Of a stretch of DNA of 64,000 nucleotides, positions 55,672 to 64,000 are shown in pieces. Origin of the DNA: Myxococcales bacterium (lineage in GTDB: Bacteria > Myxococcota_A > Bradymonadia > UBA7976 > UBA1532); assembly GCA_009692505.1 (NCBI GenBank), contig SHZC01000002.1, forward strand, positions 1,581 to 65,580, written 5' to 3'. Under the pieces are notes generated by a model. It saw only the letters and a list, made by a program, of their open reading frames with translations, did not search any database and was not told where the DNA came from. Made by a program: the position numbers and the translations under genes. Within the stretch, counting starts at the first letter, position 1. Every line of letters begins with the position of its first letter.

Positions 55672-56976
55672 TTGAACAGTCGTCACCCAACAAATCTTCG
55701 GCTCTCGGTCATCTGGCATGACACGGTCGTCGTGGAGAAAGTGCTCCCGAAAGGCGCCGCGGCGACTGTCGGATCGGACTTCGCGAACACGCTCGTCCTG
55801 CCCGACATCGGAGGCATCGGCAACCGGTACGCGCTGTTTACGCCCACGCCGAGCGGCTACAGCCTGCAGCTGACCTCTCAGATGTCGGGGCGGATGCGCC
55901 ACGACGCCGAGGAGCGCACGATCGATGAGGTGCGTAAGCAGAAGGGCGATCGGATCTCGGTCGACTATCACGACTGGGGTTTGATCGTTCTTGGCGAGCT
56001 GCAGATCTTCTTCTGCTTCGTCTCGAACTCCGAAGAGGTGCCCGCCCCGCCGTTCTGGCAGCGGACCGACACGGGTGCCCTCGTGGCCCTGCTCCTGGCT
56101 TATCTCTTCCAGGTCGGCGGGCTGCTCGCGGCCTTCTTGCTCTGGGACGACAAGCCCAACCTCGAGGACCTCGACCAGCGGGACCGCGTGGTCGGCTACG
56201 TCTTCGAGAAGCCGCCCGAGGAGATCGAAGAGGAGAAGGAAGAGAAGCAGGAGGACGTCGGCAAGAAGGCCGGCGGCGAGGAGGGCAAGTTCGGCGAAGA
56301 GGACAAGAAGGAGAAGTCCAAGGTCCCTTTGCAAGACGGACAGATGGTCGACAAGATCAAGAACCTCGCCTTGACCAAGGTCCTCACCTCGAACCTCATG
56401 GGCAAAGGCCCGCTCCAGAACATCTTCAGCGACAAGACCGCGTTCTCCTCCAAGCTCAACGCCGCCATGAGCGGTGAAGGCAGCGAGTTCGTCATGGGCC
56501 ACGGCTACGGCGGCATGGGCATGCGCGGCATGGGCGACGGCGGTGGCGGCGAAGGCTTCGGCCGGATCCACGGCATGGGTCGCATTGACACGGGGGGCGG
56601 CCGCGGCACGAAGGCCAGCCTCGGCGGCAAAGAGAAGCGGAAGGCAGGCGCCCGAGTGCAGCGCGGCGCGGGCGACGTCCAGGGCTTCTGCAAGGAGTCC
56701 GACATCCAGAAGGTCGTCTCCGCGCGCCAGTCCGGCATCACGTACTGCTACGAGAAAGAGCTCGCCCGTGATCCCGAGTTGCAGGGCAAGGTCACCGTGA
56801 ACTGGCGCATCGGCATCGATGGCAAGGTCATGAAGGCCATCATCGAGAACAGCACGCTCAACAGCAAAGACGTCGAGGGCTGCATGGTCCGGAACATCGA
56901 GCGCTGGCAGTTCCCGAAGCCCGAAGGCGGTATGTGCCAGATCCGCTACCCGTTCGTCTTCAACAGCGGCCTCTAA
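55672..56976 (+). CDS. TonB-like membrane protein with AgmX/PglI-type C-terminal domain
   Basis: The start is probably TTG 55672 (GGAGG at 55659-55663) or GTG 55657. ATG 55492 would overlap the divergent gene. One TM segment (ALVALLLAYLFQVGGLLAAFLLW), an E/K-rich linker, a Gly-rich stretch, then ITYCYEKELARDPELQGKVTVNWRIG...VEGCM...WQFPKP. Confidence 0.65.
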   Translation: MNSRHPTNLRLSVIWHDTVVVEKVLPKGAAATVGSDFANTLVLPDIGGIGNRYALFTPTPSGYSLQLTSQMSGRMRHDAEERTIDEVRKQKGDRISVDYHDWGLIVLGELQIFFCFVSNSEEVPAPPFWQRTDTGALVALLLAYLFQVGGLLAAFLLWDDKPNLEDLDQRDRVVGYVFEKPPEEIEEEKEEKQEDVGKKAGGEEGKFGEEDKKEKSKVPLQDGQMVDKIKNLALTKVLTSNLMGKGPLQNIFSDKTAFSSKLNAAMSGEGSEFVMGHGYGGMGMRGMGDGGGGEGFGRIHGMGRIDTGGGRGTKASLGGKEKRKAGARVQRGAGDVQGFCKESDIQKVVSARQSGITYCYEKELARDPELQGKVTVNWRIGIDGKVMKAIIENSTLNSKDVEGCMVRNIERWQFPKPEGGMCQIRYPFVFNSGL

Positions 56977-57040
56977 GAGAGCGGCCGCAACTCAGCGGCC
57001 CCTGCCCTTCAAGCCCTTCGACCGTTCAAGCGCCAAGAGG

Positions 57041-57068
57041 CCGTTGCCTCAACGCCTTTGGGCAACGG
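57041..57068 (+). terminator. Possible terminator hairpin downstream of 55672..56976
   Basis: ccgttgcc / ggcaacgg form a perfect 8-bp stem with a 12-nt loop, about 65 nt after the stop. No T-tract follows, so it is weak as an intrinsic terminator. Confidence 0.3.
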
Positions 57069-57432
57069 TTGAAGCTCCGAGACCTGGGCCCTCTGGCCCT
57101 TCCTTGGCGTGATTCCGGCCTCTAGCCGCCCTTCGGTCCGCCGCCCACGCGCCTATGCTCCGGAGCAGCAGGGCACGGAGTCCGCGGTTCTTGATCTAGC
57201 CGAAGACCGGACCAACGATCACCTCGCGCCTCCCGTTGCGTTTGATACGCAGAGCAGGTCGCCGAGCTCGTTGAGGCGCCATCGCAGCGTCGGCTCCTTC
57301 GATTTCTGGCACACGAACCTGTTTTCGATCTGCAACTCGATGAATTGAATCGCCTCGCCAGCGGAAATATATCCACGGGTCTCGAAGCAACAACGGTTGC
57401 CTACCGACGCTTGCTGCTACCGCAACAAACTC

Positions 57433-57606
57433 CTAAAGGTCAATCACGATCACCCGAGAGGTGTCTTCGTCGACATCCTCCGACGGCCTGCGTCGGGGGG
57501 GAGGCTGCTCAAGCGGGAGCGGCAGGCTGACGGCCGGCCGATCATAGATTCGACGCCGCTCGTCTTCGCGCTTCCGGATCTGGTCGATGATGTACGCGTC
57601 GAGCAT
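57433..57606 (-). CDS. Unlisted 57-aa small ORF
   Basis: My translation: MLDAYIIDQIRKREDERRRIYDRPAVSLPLPLEQPPPRRRPSEDVDEDTSRVIVIDL*. ATG (complement of 57604-57606) is preceded by GAGGTGA. 44 of 57 third positions are G/C. It is the last gene after FHA and GT2 on the minus strand. It falls below the apparent size cutoff of the ORF track. Confidence 0.45.
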   Translation of the reverse strand: MLDAYIIDQIRKREDERRRIYDRPAVSLPLPLEQPPPRRRPSEDVDEDTSRVIVIDL

Positions 57607-57708
57607 CGGTCACCTCGTGGCCAAGACACCCTAGATATCGGCGTCAAATTCACTATGCAGTAACCCCGGGTATCGCGCAAACCCTCCCGGCTTGGGCGAA
57701 TCCGACCG

Positions 57709-58485
57709 TCACCGCTCGAAGGTGGGCACCGATGGCCGGCGCGCAAGGTCGTCCCTTTGCCACACGGCGCGAGCCTGAAGCAGTGCGAGTTCAAGGCCGA
57801 CCCGACCCATCATGAATCCACCTCTGAAGAGGAAGACCGTCAGGCCGCGCCAGACCACGCGCAGGAGGCTCGAGACGCGGCTTGGGCGGACGTCTCGGTC
57901 GCGGAGCATCGCCGCAGAGAGCGCGGCATAGCGTTCGAGCTTCTGGCGGGCGTGCGATAGGTCGCGATAGGTGTGGTGCTCGATGGACAAGCCCGGCAGC
58001 GAAGAGACGCGGCCGATCCGGAGCCGCACGCGCTCGTGGACCCGCGCGGCTTCGTCCCATGAGCCGGCGTGACGCCGGTACAAGCGCACCCGCCGGGCCG
58101 GAGAGTAACCGCCCCACCTCAGCCATCTCGACCCCAGATGATTGCGGAAGGCGAGGGCAAAAGCGGAGACCTCGGGTGGGGCGTCTTCAAGAGCCCGCCG
58201 GAGTCGAGCGAGGCCACCCGGGGGCAGTCGCTCATCGGCGTCGAGCATCAGCACCCAAGGGCACGTCGACGCCTCTTGGCCGGCCTTACGCAAGGATCCG
58301 AGCGTGCCGGTCCCGCCCACGACCGTCGCCCCCGCGGCCCGAGCGACGGACGCGGTGGCGTCCTGACTGCCGTGGTCGACGACGATGACCTCGTCCACGC
58401 CCGACGCGCTCTCGAGGCAGGCGATGATGGTGTCCGCCTCATTGCGCGCGATCACCACGAGGCTCAACCGGGGTCTGGCCTTCAA
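57709..58485 (-). CDS. Family 2 glycosyltransferase
   Basis: Motifs LSLVVIARNEADTI, VIVVDHGSQDAT and the MLDADE (DxD) motif. It overlaps the FHA gene stop by 4 nt. Confidence 0.85.
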   Translation of the reverse strand: MKARPRLSLVVIARNEADTIIACLESASGVDEVIVVDHGSQDATASVARAAGATVVGGTGTLGSLRKAGQEASTCPWVLMLDADERLPPGGLARLRRALEDAPPEVSAFALAFRNHLGSRWLRWGGYSPARRVRLYRRHAGSWDEAARVHERVRLRIGRVSSLPGLSIEHHTYRDLSHARQKLERYAALSAAMLRDRDVRPSRVSSLLRVVWRGLTVFLFRGGFMMGRVGLELALLQARAVWQRDDLARRPSVPTFER

Positions 58486-59468
58486 GGCTGTCGAGGCGTG
58501 TCCTGCATCGCCGCGACGATCTGGAATACGCGCTCGGCGCCCCCAACGGCGGCCTCCGCCAAGGCGTCTCGAAGGGCGAGGAGCTCAGCTTCGACCTCCC
58601 GCAGCCGTTTTCGCGTGAGCCCGGCGGCCTTCGCGTCCGCGCGCGCCTCAGCCAGCGCGGCCCGTGCGACGTCCGCGGCGCCGGTCCCGCCGAATGCGGC
58701 CCGACGCAGCTCTCCGACGAGCGTCTCGTTGGCCGCGAGGCTCGCGCGCAGTTGGGCGTTCTCGATGGCGAAGCGGTCATCGGCCGTGACTCGACGGGTA
58801 GCCTCCTCAAGCTTCCAGACCCGGGCCCTCAGCTCGCGGACCTCCGCTTCGCTCTCGGCGAGCTGGCCGAGCGCCCTGTCGACCCGCGACGAGGCGAGGG
58901 CCAACTCATCTTGAAGGAGCCGCAGTCGCTCGGCCTGGAGCGCGTTGAAGCCGTCGACACGCACGACCTCTGCCTGAAGCGCTTCGACGCGCTGGATTTC
59001 GGACTGCCGTGCTTCGACGCGCTGGATTTCGGACTGCCGCGCATCAAGCTCGGGCGGGTCCGGGTCTGTCACCCTGGACGACGACGGGGAGGGCCGGGTC
59101 TCGAGTACCCCCTGATCCGAAGGCCCGAAGCGGCGCAGCGGCCGGGCCGGCGACACGGGCGGCTGTTCGTACGTATCATCGTCGACGAATTGCAGTTGGA
59201 GGTTGCCACAGCGAATCACGTCGAGCGTCTGGAGCAGACGACGGCTGACCCGCTGGTCGTTGACGAGCGTGCCGTTCGCAGAGTCGTGGTCGACGACTTC
59301 ACAGCCAAGGTCGCTGACGGCGATGGTGCAATGCCGCCGCGAGACGCTCGCGTCCTCCGAGACGAGGTCGCAGTCGGGGTGACGCCCAACGACGAGCTCC
59401 GGCATCTCTTCGTCGAGCCGCAGCATCTGAGGTTGACCCTGTGGGTCGCTGAAAATCAGTTTTGCCAT
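58482..59468 (-). CDS. FHA-domain protein with long coiled-coil tail
   Basis: The N-terminal FHA domain has LVVGRHPDCDLVSEDASVSRRHCTI...DHDSANGTLVNDQRV. The remainder is Ala/Glu/Arg/Leu-rich heptad-like sequence. Confidence 0.85.
   Translation of the reverse strand: MAKLIFSDPQGQPQMLRLDEEMPELVVGRHPDCDLVSEDASVSRRHCTIAVSDLGCEVVDHDSANGTLVNDQRVSRRLLQTLDVIRCGNLQLQFVDDDTYEQPPVSPARPLRRFGPSDQGVLETRPSPSSSRVTDPDPPELDARQSEIQRVEARQSEIQRVEALQAEVVRVDGFNALQAERLRLLQDELALASSRVDRALGQLAESEAEVRELRARVWKLEEATRRVTADDRFAIENAQLRASLAANETLVGELRRAAFGGTGAADVARAALAEARADAKAAGLTRKRLREVEAELLALRDALAEAAVGGAERVFQIVAAMQDTPRQP
58981..59040. repeat. 30-bp direct duplication (one mismatch) inside the FHA gene, coding RQSEIQRVEA twice
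   Basis: gcttcgacgcgctggatttcggactgccgt followed by the same unit ending in c, read directly. Confidence 0.9.
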
Positions 59469-59542
59469 GAGCGTCAGAGGCGACTTATAGGTCAGCCGTC
59501 TGGGTCCGACAACTTCTACGAAACATCCATCAGGAGCTTCAA

Positions 59543-59803
59543 GTGCCCCAAGTTCGAATCTTTACCGCGCCATTTTGCGTGTATTGCGTCGCAGCCAAAC
59601 GCTTTTTCAATCAGCGGGGCATCTCGTTTGAGGAGGTGGACGTGGCCAAAGACGACGCGCTTCGGGACTGGCTTGTGGCCACGACGAACCAGAGGACGGT
59701 GCCCCAGATCTTCATCGGAGAGCGCTCCATCGGTGGATACACGGATATGAAGGCCCTCGATGAGCGGGGGGGGCTGATGCCACTTCTGGCTGGGATATCG
59801 TAA
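59543..59803 (+). CDS. grxC: Glutaredoxin 3
   Basis: GTG start with AGGAG 6 nt upstream. IFTAPFCVYCVAAKRFF has the CxxC site, then RTVPQIFIGERSIGGYTD. Confidence 0.9.
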   Translation: MPQVRIFTAPFCVYCVAAKRFFNQRGISFEEVDVAKDDALRDWLVATTNQRTVPQIFIGERSIGGYTDMKALDERGGLMPLLAGIS

Positions 59804-59936
59804 ATTCGACACGGGTGGTGCAGGCCGACGCACCCGTCGGCGTTGACACCCCTGCCGTGCGTCGCTACCAATTCGCGCCCCGCATATCCAGAACTTGCCC
59901 CCAATGTCGCGGGGGTGCCTGAGAGGAAGAACGCCT

Positions 59937-62900
59937 ATGAAGCCCATGGGACTCATCAAGTCCACCGCCTTCGCTGCCGCCGCGTTGCTCGCGTCGGCCT
60001 GCGCCGAGCCGGTCAAGGATGTCGACCGCACGCAGCCCAATGCCCTCAAGAAGGCCCTGTTCTCGGGAACCTGGTACTTCGCGCGCACCGTCGTCGATGT
60101 GCCCTACGAGGCCGACTGGGCCTTCGTCGGCGACCGTCAGGAGTACCTCGCCGGTGAGGACTTCCCGGCGCTGAAGGTCCGCTGGCGCATCGAGGAGGAT
60201 CGGCTGCTCGCCTGTCGGGCCGATGAGGTCGTCGTCGGCAGCAACTCCGACGGCGAGCGCCCGGGAGATCTCGAGCCCGGCAATACTGCCGTCCCTTCCC
60301 AAACCGAAGAGGACAAGCAGAACGACGAGTACCTGGCCGGGGAGAAGTTCCCCTGCCGACACCCCGTGGCGTCCTTCTCCATTCAGGGTCACTTCGACAT
60401 CCAGCGTGACTACAACGCCTCAACGGGCGAGCAGTCGAACACCATCGGCGAGAACTCCAGCGATCGCCCCTGGTACGACCGCCAGTTCTTCCGGATCGAC
60501 TGGACCGATCTCGGGGTCACTGACCTCGGCTACAACCTCAACTCCATCGCCGATCTCGGCGTCATCAAGATGCAGAGCCCGTATTATGTGCAGGCCGAGA
60601 CGGGGGACTGCCGCGTGCAAAACGCGGACGGCACCTTCGACTTGTCCACCTGCGAAGAAGGCTACCTGCCGCCGGTCGTTCAAGACGACGCGATCCTGAT
60701 CACCAACCGCATGACCATCTCCCCCTCGGACGGCCTCTACGGCTGCTTCTACGAGGCCAACTGCACGCTCAACGAGATCGGGATGCGGTACTCCTTCATG
60801 CGGGTGCCCGAGCGGCCGATCGAGGAGCAATACGTTCCCCTCGCCTACCCCGACGACCACTTCGAGCGCGCCGGGCTCTGGCGGATCAAGAAGAAGACCT
60901 ACACCCCGGGTCGCGGCGAGACGGACTTCAAGCAGTACCTCGCGACGCGGTGGAACATCTTCAAAAAGTGGCGCGACGCCGACGGCAAGCCCCTCGCGAA
61001 CCCGAGCGAGTCGGGCATTCGATCGATCGAGTACTACCTCAACCGAGAGTTCCCCCTCGACCTGAAGGCCGCGGCATTCAGCATGGCCAAGGAGTGGAAC
61101 GACGCCTTCGACGGGATCTACGCCAACGTAGACGTGAAGACGACCTGCAAGGTGACCTGCAAGGACGAGGCGGGCAGCGCGAAGGAAGGCGCGGCCTGCG
61201 ACAAGGTGTCTGACACCAACTTCGCAATGAACGATCAGTGCGTCTTTCGGCTCCACGAGAACGACGGCAACAAGTTCCTGGGCGACCTTCGCTGGAACTT
61301 CATCGCCTTCATCGAGGACGCGTCCTTGGGCCAGCCCTGCGGCGTCGGCGGACCGGCCAACGACCCCGAGACGGGCGAGATGGTCAACGGCGTGGCTTAT
61401 ATTTACGGCAAAGCCTGCTTCGACAATATCGAGACGTCCGTCATGGACATGGTCGATCTGCTCTGCGCGCAGATGGCCACCGACGGCGAGACGGAGCTGC
61501 CGGCCTCGTGTGATGGGATCGACGAGGACGCCTTCCTTCGCGGGCGCCGGATTCTTGAGATCATGAAGGCCCAGGGCAAGGTCCTGCCGGTCGCCACGCC
61601 GATCCGATCCCTCTCCGCCACGGCGGCCGCCAGCGGGGCTGCGACCGAGCAGCTGGTGTCCCTGAAGGGGCGCATGGAGGAGCTGAAGAATCACAACGGC
61701 ATGTTGGATATCTTCCGCAACCGGCTCTCCGACACGCACTTCGCCCGCGCGCTCGTCACGGACGAAATGGCGCTTGAGCACACGCATGGTCGCGCCAAGA
61801 CGGGCAGCGACCTCACGGACGAGGAGCTCAAGGCGCTCAATCCTCTCGCCCCGATGAAGGGCAAGTGGGGCCAGGAGACCGCCCGAAAGAACATGCTGGC
61901 CGCCCGCGCGATCGAGCCGGCCGAGTATCTCTTCAATGACACCGGGCTCTGGGCCTTCGCGCTCCGGAACCGAGACCTGAACCGCAGTGAGTTCCGCCAC
62001 CTGCTCCGCCGCGAGGCCTTCCGGTCCGTCACGTTGCACGAGCTCGGCCACAACATGGGCCTGCGCCACAACTTCATCGCCTCGTTCGACCGGGTCAACT
62101 ACTTCCCCGAGTACTGGGACATCAAGAAGGACGTCCACGACCAGTACGAGACCGAGACGGGACGGCGCGTGAAGGACTTCGAGTTCCTCCGCGACGTCGG
62201 CAATGAGTCGGCCGCCGAGTTCTTGACCCGCTACACGGAGTGGAACGACGACCGTGAGGTGATTCGGACCCGCGAGCGCGAGGCCGGCATCAAGGAGGTC
62301 ATGTACTCCTCGATCATGGACTACGGCGCGCTGCGCTACACCGACTGGCTGGGCCTGGGCTCCTACGACAAGTCGGCGATGCGTTTCATGTACGGGCAAC
62401 TCGTCGACCGGCTCGACTGTGAGCAGCAAAACCCCGAGGACTGTGACCTCAGCGAGGCCAACCGGACGCACGTGAAGTGGTACGCCGGCGGCCTCCTCTG
62501 CGACGAAGACGGCGACTGCCCCTCGGCGGCCGACGGCCAGAAGTGCAAGGCGAACACCGCCGCCGGGACGACCGTCTGCACCAGCTGGGACGAAGATGAG
62601 CGTGACTCGGGTCGGTTCCTCGTCCGACAGAAGTTCTGCAGCGACGATCGCGTCGACGACCAGCCCTTCTGCAACCGCTTCGACGAGGGGGACAGCTCCG
62701 AAGAGATCGTCCGGAACATGATCGAGGGCTACGAAAACCGCTTTGTTTTCGCAAACTTCCGGCGCTTCCGTTCGACCATCAGGATCGGGAGCTACTTCCA
62801 GCGCATCTACAACGACTTCCGGGTCATCGGCGACCAGATGCAGTCAGTCTTGTATAAGTACTTCTATGAGCCTGGGTTCCAGGGGCTCGAGGGCCCCGGA

Positions 62901-63911
62901 TCCATGGACGACATGGTGCGGGCCACGATCATCGGCTTCGAGTTCCTCGGCAACGTGCTCGCCCGACCCGAGAGCGGCGCCTATGTCTGGAACGAGGAGA
63001 ACGAGGTCTTCGAGCAGCGCTCCAACCTCCTGCACGAGGTCGAGAACGACGACAACATCAACATCCCGCTCGGGCTCGGCAAGCCCCTCTACTCCAGCTA
63101 CGAGCGCGGGTACTTCGGCGAGATCGAGCGCATCGCCTATATCGGCACCTTCTACGACAAGCTCGCGGCGCTGTTCATCCTGACGAGCCGAGACTTCGGG
63201 ACGACGAGCTTCAACAACGAAGAACGTTTCTCGCTGAACTTCTTCGACTTCTTCCCGGACGCCTTCACCGAGCTGCTCGGCGCGTTCATGACCGGCGACA
63301 TCAACCCGGCGTCGATGGTCTACGACGGCGAGGTGAAGAGCCTGGTGTCCCGCCGATACTGGGACGGCAAGTTCCAGCTCTTTGGGCGGGAAGAGGGCTT
63401 CAGCGCGAGCGACCTCGTGCCTGAAGGTCGTCGAATCGAGCCGAGCGCGTCGGTCCTCCTCGGGCTGTACGCCCTGATCGAGTCCGCCGTGAATACGCCG
63501 TACTACCTCGACTTGTCGTTCAAGAACTCGCTCCGCGCCTTCGAACTCGGCGGCGAGACGGGCTTCGACATCGACGAGCACAACGGCGTCGGCGGGATCG
63601 CGCTTCAGGACCTGAGCACCTATACGAGCCCGTTGACGCACCGCACCTTCGTCGGCGTGCGCACCGATGGCCTGCCGAGCATCTCGGTCCGGGCCGTGGA
63701 CCGCGCCAACGTCCTCCGCGTGCGGTTTGAGCAGCTCAGCCAGCAGATTGCAGACTGCCGCACCGTGGCCGACTGCGACTTCCCGCGGGGTATGCGCCTG
63801 CCGGACGCCGAGAACGAGCTCGATCGTCTGAGGAACGCCCTGTCCACGCAGGAAGACCGCCTCGCGAACCTCGTCCAGATCCTCGACTTCCTGGGCATCG
63901 GCGGCCTCTGA
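59937..63911 (+). CDS. Very large zinc metalloprotease lipoprotein (metzincin-like HExxHxxGxxH)
   Basis: ORF trimmed to ATG 59937 (GAGAGGAAGA upstream). MKPMGLIKSTAFAAAALLASAC lipobox. VTLHELGHNMGLRHNF, followed by SSIMDY (a possible Met-turn region). About 1320 aa. Confidence 0.8.
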   Translation: MKPMGLIKSTAFAAAALLASACAEPVKDVDRTQPNALKKALFSGTWYFARTVVDVPYEADWAFVGDRQEYLAGEDFPALKVRWRIEEDRLLACRADEVVVGSNSDGERPGDLEPGNTAVPSQTEEDKQNDEYLAGEKFPCRHPVASFSIQGHFDIQRDYNASTGEQSNTIGENSSDRPWYDRQFFRIDWTDLGVTDLGYNLNSIADLGVIKMQSPYYVQAETGDCRVQNADGTFDLSTCEEGYLPPVVQDDAILITNRMTISPSDGLYGCFYEANCTLNEIGMRYSFMRVPERPIEEQYVPLAYPDDHFERAGLWRIKKKTYTPGRGETDFKQYLATRWNIFKKWRDADGKPLANPSESGIRSIEYYLNREFPLDLKAAAFSMAKEWNDAFDGIYANVDVKTTCKVTCKDEAGSAKEGAACDKVSDTNFAMNDQCVFRLHENDGNKFLGDLRWNFIAFIEDASLGQPCGVGGPANDPETGEMVNGVAYIYGKACFDNIETSVMDMVDLLCAQMATDGETELPASCDGIDEDAFLRGRRILEIMKAQGKVLPVATPIRSLSATAAASGAATEQLVSLKGRMEELKNHNGMLDIFRNRLSDTHFARALVTDEMALEHTHGRAKTGSDLTDEELKALNPLAPMKGKWGQETARKNMLAARAIEPAEYLFNDTGLWAFALRNRDLNRSEFRHLLRREAFRSVTLHELGHNMGLRHNFIASFDRVNYFPEYWDIKKDVHDQYETETGRRVKDFEFLRDVGNESAAEFLTRYTEWNDDREVIRTREREAGIKEVMYSSIMDYGALRYTDWLGLGSYDKSAMRFMYGQLVDRLDCEQQNPEDCDLSEANRTHVKWYAGGLLCDEDGDCPSAADGQKCKANTAAGTTVCTSWDEDERDSGRFLVRQKFCSDDRVDDQPFCNRFDEGDSSEEIVRNMIEGYENRFVFANFRRFRSTIRIGSYFQRIYNDFRVIGDQMQSVLYKYFYEPGFQGLEGPGSMDDMVRATIIGFEFLGNVLARPESGAYVWNEENEVFEQRSNLLHEVENDDNINIPLGLGKPLYSSYERGYFGEIERIAYIGTFYDKLAALFILTSRDFGTTSFNNEERFSLNFFDFFPDAFTELLGAFMTGDINPASMVYDGEVKSLVSRRYWDGKFQLFGREEGFSASDLVPEGRRIEPSASVLLGLYALIESAVNTPYYLDLSFKNSLRAFELGGETGFDIDEHNGVGGIALQDLSTYTSPLTHRTFVGVRTDGLPSISVRAVDRANVLRVRFEQLSQQIADCRTVADCDFPRGMRLPDAENELDRLRNALSTQEDRLANLVQILDFLGIGGL

Positions 63912-64000
63912 GAGGGACGTCGCAGCGCCCTTTGGCCTTGCGACGACCCGCCCTCCGCAGCGCCCTCAGGCCTGCGAGCCCTTGAAGGCGCCCTAAAGTC

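Noticed and set aside
57196-57606. Stop-codon read-through joining the 57-aa sORF to ORF 57196..57393. They share a frame and have similar ..VIV.. endings.
   Set aside because: The downstream frame has only about half G/C at third positions, unlike real genes here. A different frame in the same DNA looks more coding-like.
60420-62471. A 683-aa minus-strand ORF.
   Set aside because: It is antisense to the large metalloprotease gene, which carries HELGHNMGLRHNF and a lipoprotein signal.

Overview
The window is a high-GC, densely coding chromosomal segment of about 60 genes. It looks myxobacterial: MYXO-CTERM-like tails, AgmX/PglI-type tails, and many lipoproteins, Ser/Thr-kinase and FHA genes. 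I saw no rRNA, CRISPR array, transposase or integrase. Many long ORFs in the track are antisense shadow ORFs typical of high-GC DNA.

Recognisable core genes:
- rel-gmk-yicC.
- A tRNA-Gln(CUG)/tRNA-Glu(CUC) pair with a clean terminator.
- hutH-hutU-hutI plus a HutF-like amidohydrolase.
- A long minus-strand housekeeping operon: tilS, ftsH, folP, cdaA, cdaR, glmM, pdxJ-like, acpS-like, nnr, tsaC.
- grxC.
- Two metzincin-type proteases.

Most unusual observations:
1. A translationally coupled module of a MYXO-CTERM protein, an extended ECF-type sigma factor, a Cache-HAMP adenylate cyclase and a soluble zf-HC2 anti-sigma-like protein (20273-25134).
2. A five-gene coupled operon headed by a membrane pseudokinase with a TonB-C-like tail and ending in NUDIX-tsaE (25292-29943).
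3. A matrixin whose MYXO-CTERM-like sorting signal is internal and is followed in frame by a second signal-peptide-bearing domain (17356-18795).
4. PdxJ-like and AcpS-like genes that keep the fold signature but seem to lack the canonical catalytic residues (46047-47149).
5. A PHM/DBH-like copper monooxygenase lipoprotein (1862-3472).
6. A 2.2-kb stretch with four separate reading-frame lesions, including a new-looking 8-Cys repeat domain (41729-43861).
7. An unlisted 57-aa sORF with a good SD (57433-57606).
8. An A-A-B-B array of 21-bp repeats in a divergent promoter region (32218-32301).

All family assignments are by-eye motif recognition; no database search was run.
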